From UHGV virus genome UHGV-0084806: a stretch of 15,525 bases of DNA; one strand, 5' to 3'. The notes below the pieces were generated by a model, which was not told where the DNA came from, searched no databases, and saw only the letters and a program-made list of their open reading frames with translations. The position numbers were made by a program, and so were the translations under genes. This stretch comes from a virus. Shown piece by piece: positions 14,820-15,525 of this stretch (position 1 is the first letter of the stretch; the number at the start of each line of letters is the position of its first letter).

Positions 14820-15525
14820 ACCGGTAGGCGATCTGGTCGTTGATTTAAGTCTGGATGCGGCCAGATTTGACGAGCAGATGGCCAGAGTCAGGCGTCATTT
14901 TTCCGGTACGGAAAGTGATGCGAAAAAAACAGCGGCAGTCGTTGAACAGTCGCTGAGCCGACAGGCACTGGCTGCACAGAAAGCGGGGATTTCCGTCGGG
15001 CAGTATAAAGCCGCCATGCGTATGCTGCCTGCGCAGTTCACTGACGTGGCCACGCAGCTTGCAGGCGGGCAAAGTCCGTGGCTGATCCTGCTGCAACAGG
15101 GTGGTCAGGTTAAGGACTCCTTCGGCGGGATGATCCCCATGTTCAGGGGGCTTGCCGGTGCGATCACCCTGCCGATGGTCGGGGTCACCTCGCTGGCGGT
15201 GGCGACAGGTGCGCTGGTGTACGCCTGGTACCAGGGAGATTCCACGCTTTCAGCGTTTAATAAAACCCTGGTTCTTTCCGGTAATCAGTCCGGACTGACT
15301 GCCGATCGTATGCTGACTCTCTCAAGAGCCGGGCAGGCAGCAGGGCTGACGTTTAACCAGGCGAGAGAGTCACTGGCAGCCCTGGTGAATGCCGGTGTGC
15401 GTGGTGGTGAACAGTTTGATGCCATCAACCAGAGTGTCGCGCGTTTTGCGTCTGCATCCGGTGTGGAGGTGGATAAAGTCGCTGAAGCCTTCGGGAAGCT
15501 GACCACTGACCCGACGTCGGGACTG
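14812..15525 (+). CDS. H: Tail tape measure protein H, N-terminal 238 codons (runs off the end of the window)
   Basis: ATG 14812 preceded by GGAGGAG; overlaps the T stop. Hand translation (MAEPVGDLVVDLSLDAARFDEQMARVRRHFSGTESDAKKTAAVVEQSLSRQALAAQKAGISVGQYKAAMRMLPAQFTDVATQLAGG...) matches the lambda gpH N-terminus from memory. Not in the ORF track because there is no stop within the window. Confidence 0.85.
   Translation, partial: MAEPVGDLVVDLSLDAARFDEQMARVRRHFSGTESDAKKTAAVVEQSLSRQALAAQKAGISVGQYKAAMRMLPAQFTDVATQLAGGQSPWLILLQQGGQVKDSFGGMIPMFRGLAGAITLPMVGVTSLAVATGALVYAWYQGDSTLSAFNKTLVLSGNQSGLTADRMLTLSRAGQAAGLTFNQARESLAALVNAGVRGGEQFDAINQSVARFASASGVEVDKVAEAFGKLTTDPTSGL

Noticed and set aside
14845-15506. 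Minus-strand ORFs (83 and 73 aa) inside the tape measure gene H
   Set aside because: Antisense to the H reading frame, which continues open to the end of the window and matches the lambda gpH N-terminus.
9000-15525. Phage satellite (PICI-like) interpretation of the cos-containing element lacking terminase and portal
   Set aside because: The element carries a full lambda-like tail module (Z, U, V, G, T, H) and lacks satellite hallmarks such as its own small terminase or capsid-redirecting genes within the window. A simple internal deletion in a lambdoid prophage is the more economical explanation.

Overview
This window is a segment of a lambdoid prophage, most likely from an enterobacterium (E. 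coli-like), with a DLP12-like early/lysis half joined at an internal cos site to a lambda-like head-tail half. Left to right: a low-GC large serine recombinase; a roughly 1.4 kb accessory block with two orphan ORFs and a 430-bp ORF-free island; the nin region (ybcN, ninE, ybcO, rusA, ylcG); a Q antiterminator; an antisense porin moron (nmpC-like) with a possible IpeX-like sRNA; a lysis cassette (S21-type holin, SAR endolysin, Rz with embedded Rz1); bor and a small DUF3950-like gene on the minus strand; cos; then nu3, D, E, FI, FII, Z, U, V, G, the G-T frameshift product and the start of H. The most secure structural finding is a deletion that fuses the first 60 codons of terminase small subunit nu1 to the C-terminal end of gene C, removing terminase large subunit, portal and protease, so the prophage is defective but keeps an intact cos. 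The best candidate for something undescribed is the accessory block at 1616-3055, especially the ORF-free island with a promoter-like element feeding a 118-aa orphan protein. All protein identifications come from reading the translations against remembered lambda and DLP12 proteins; no database search was run.
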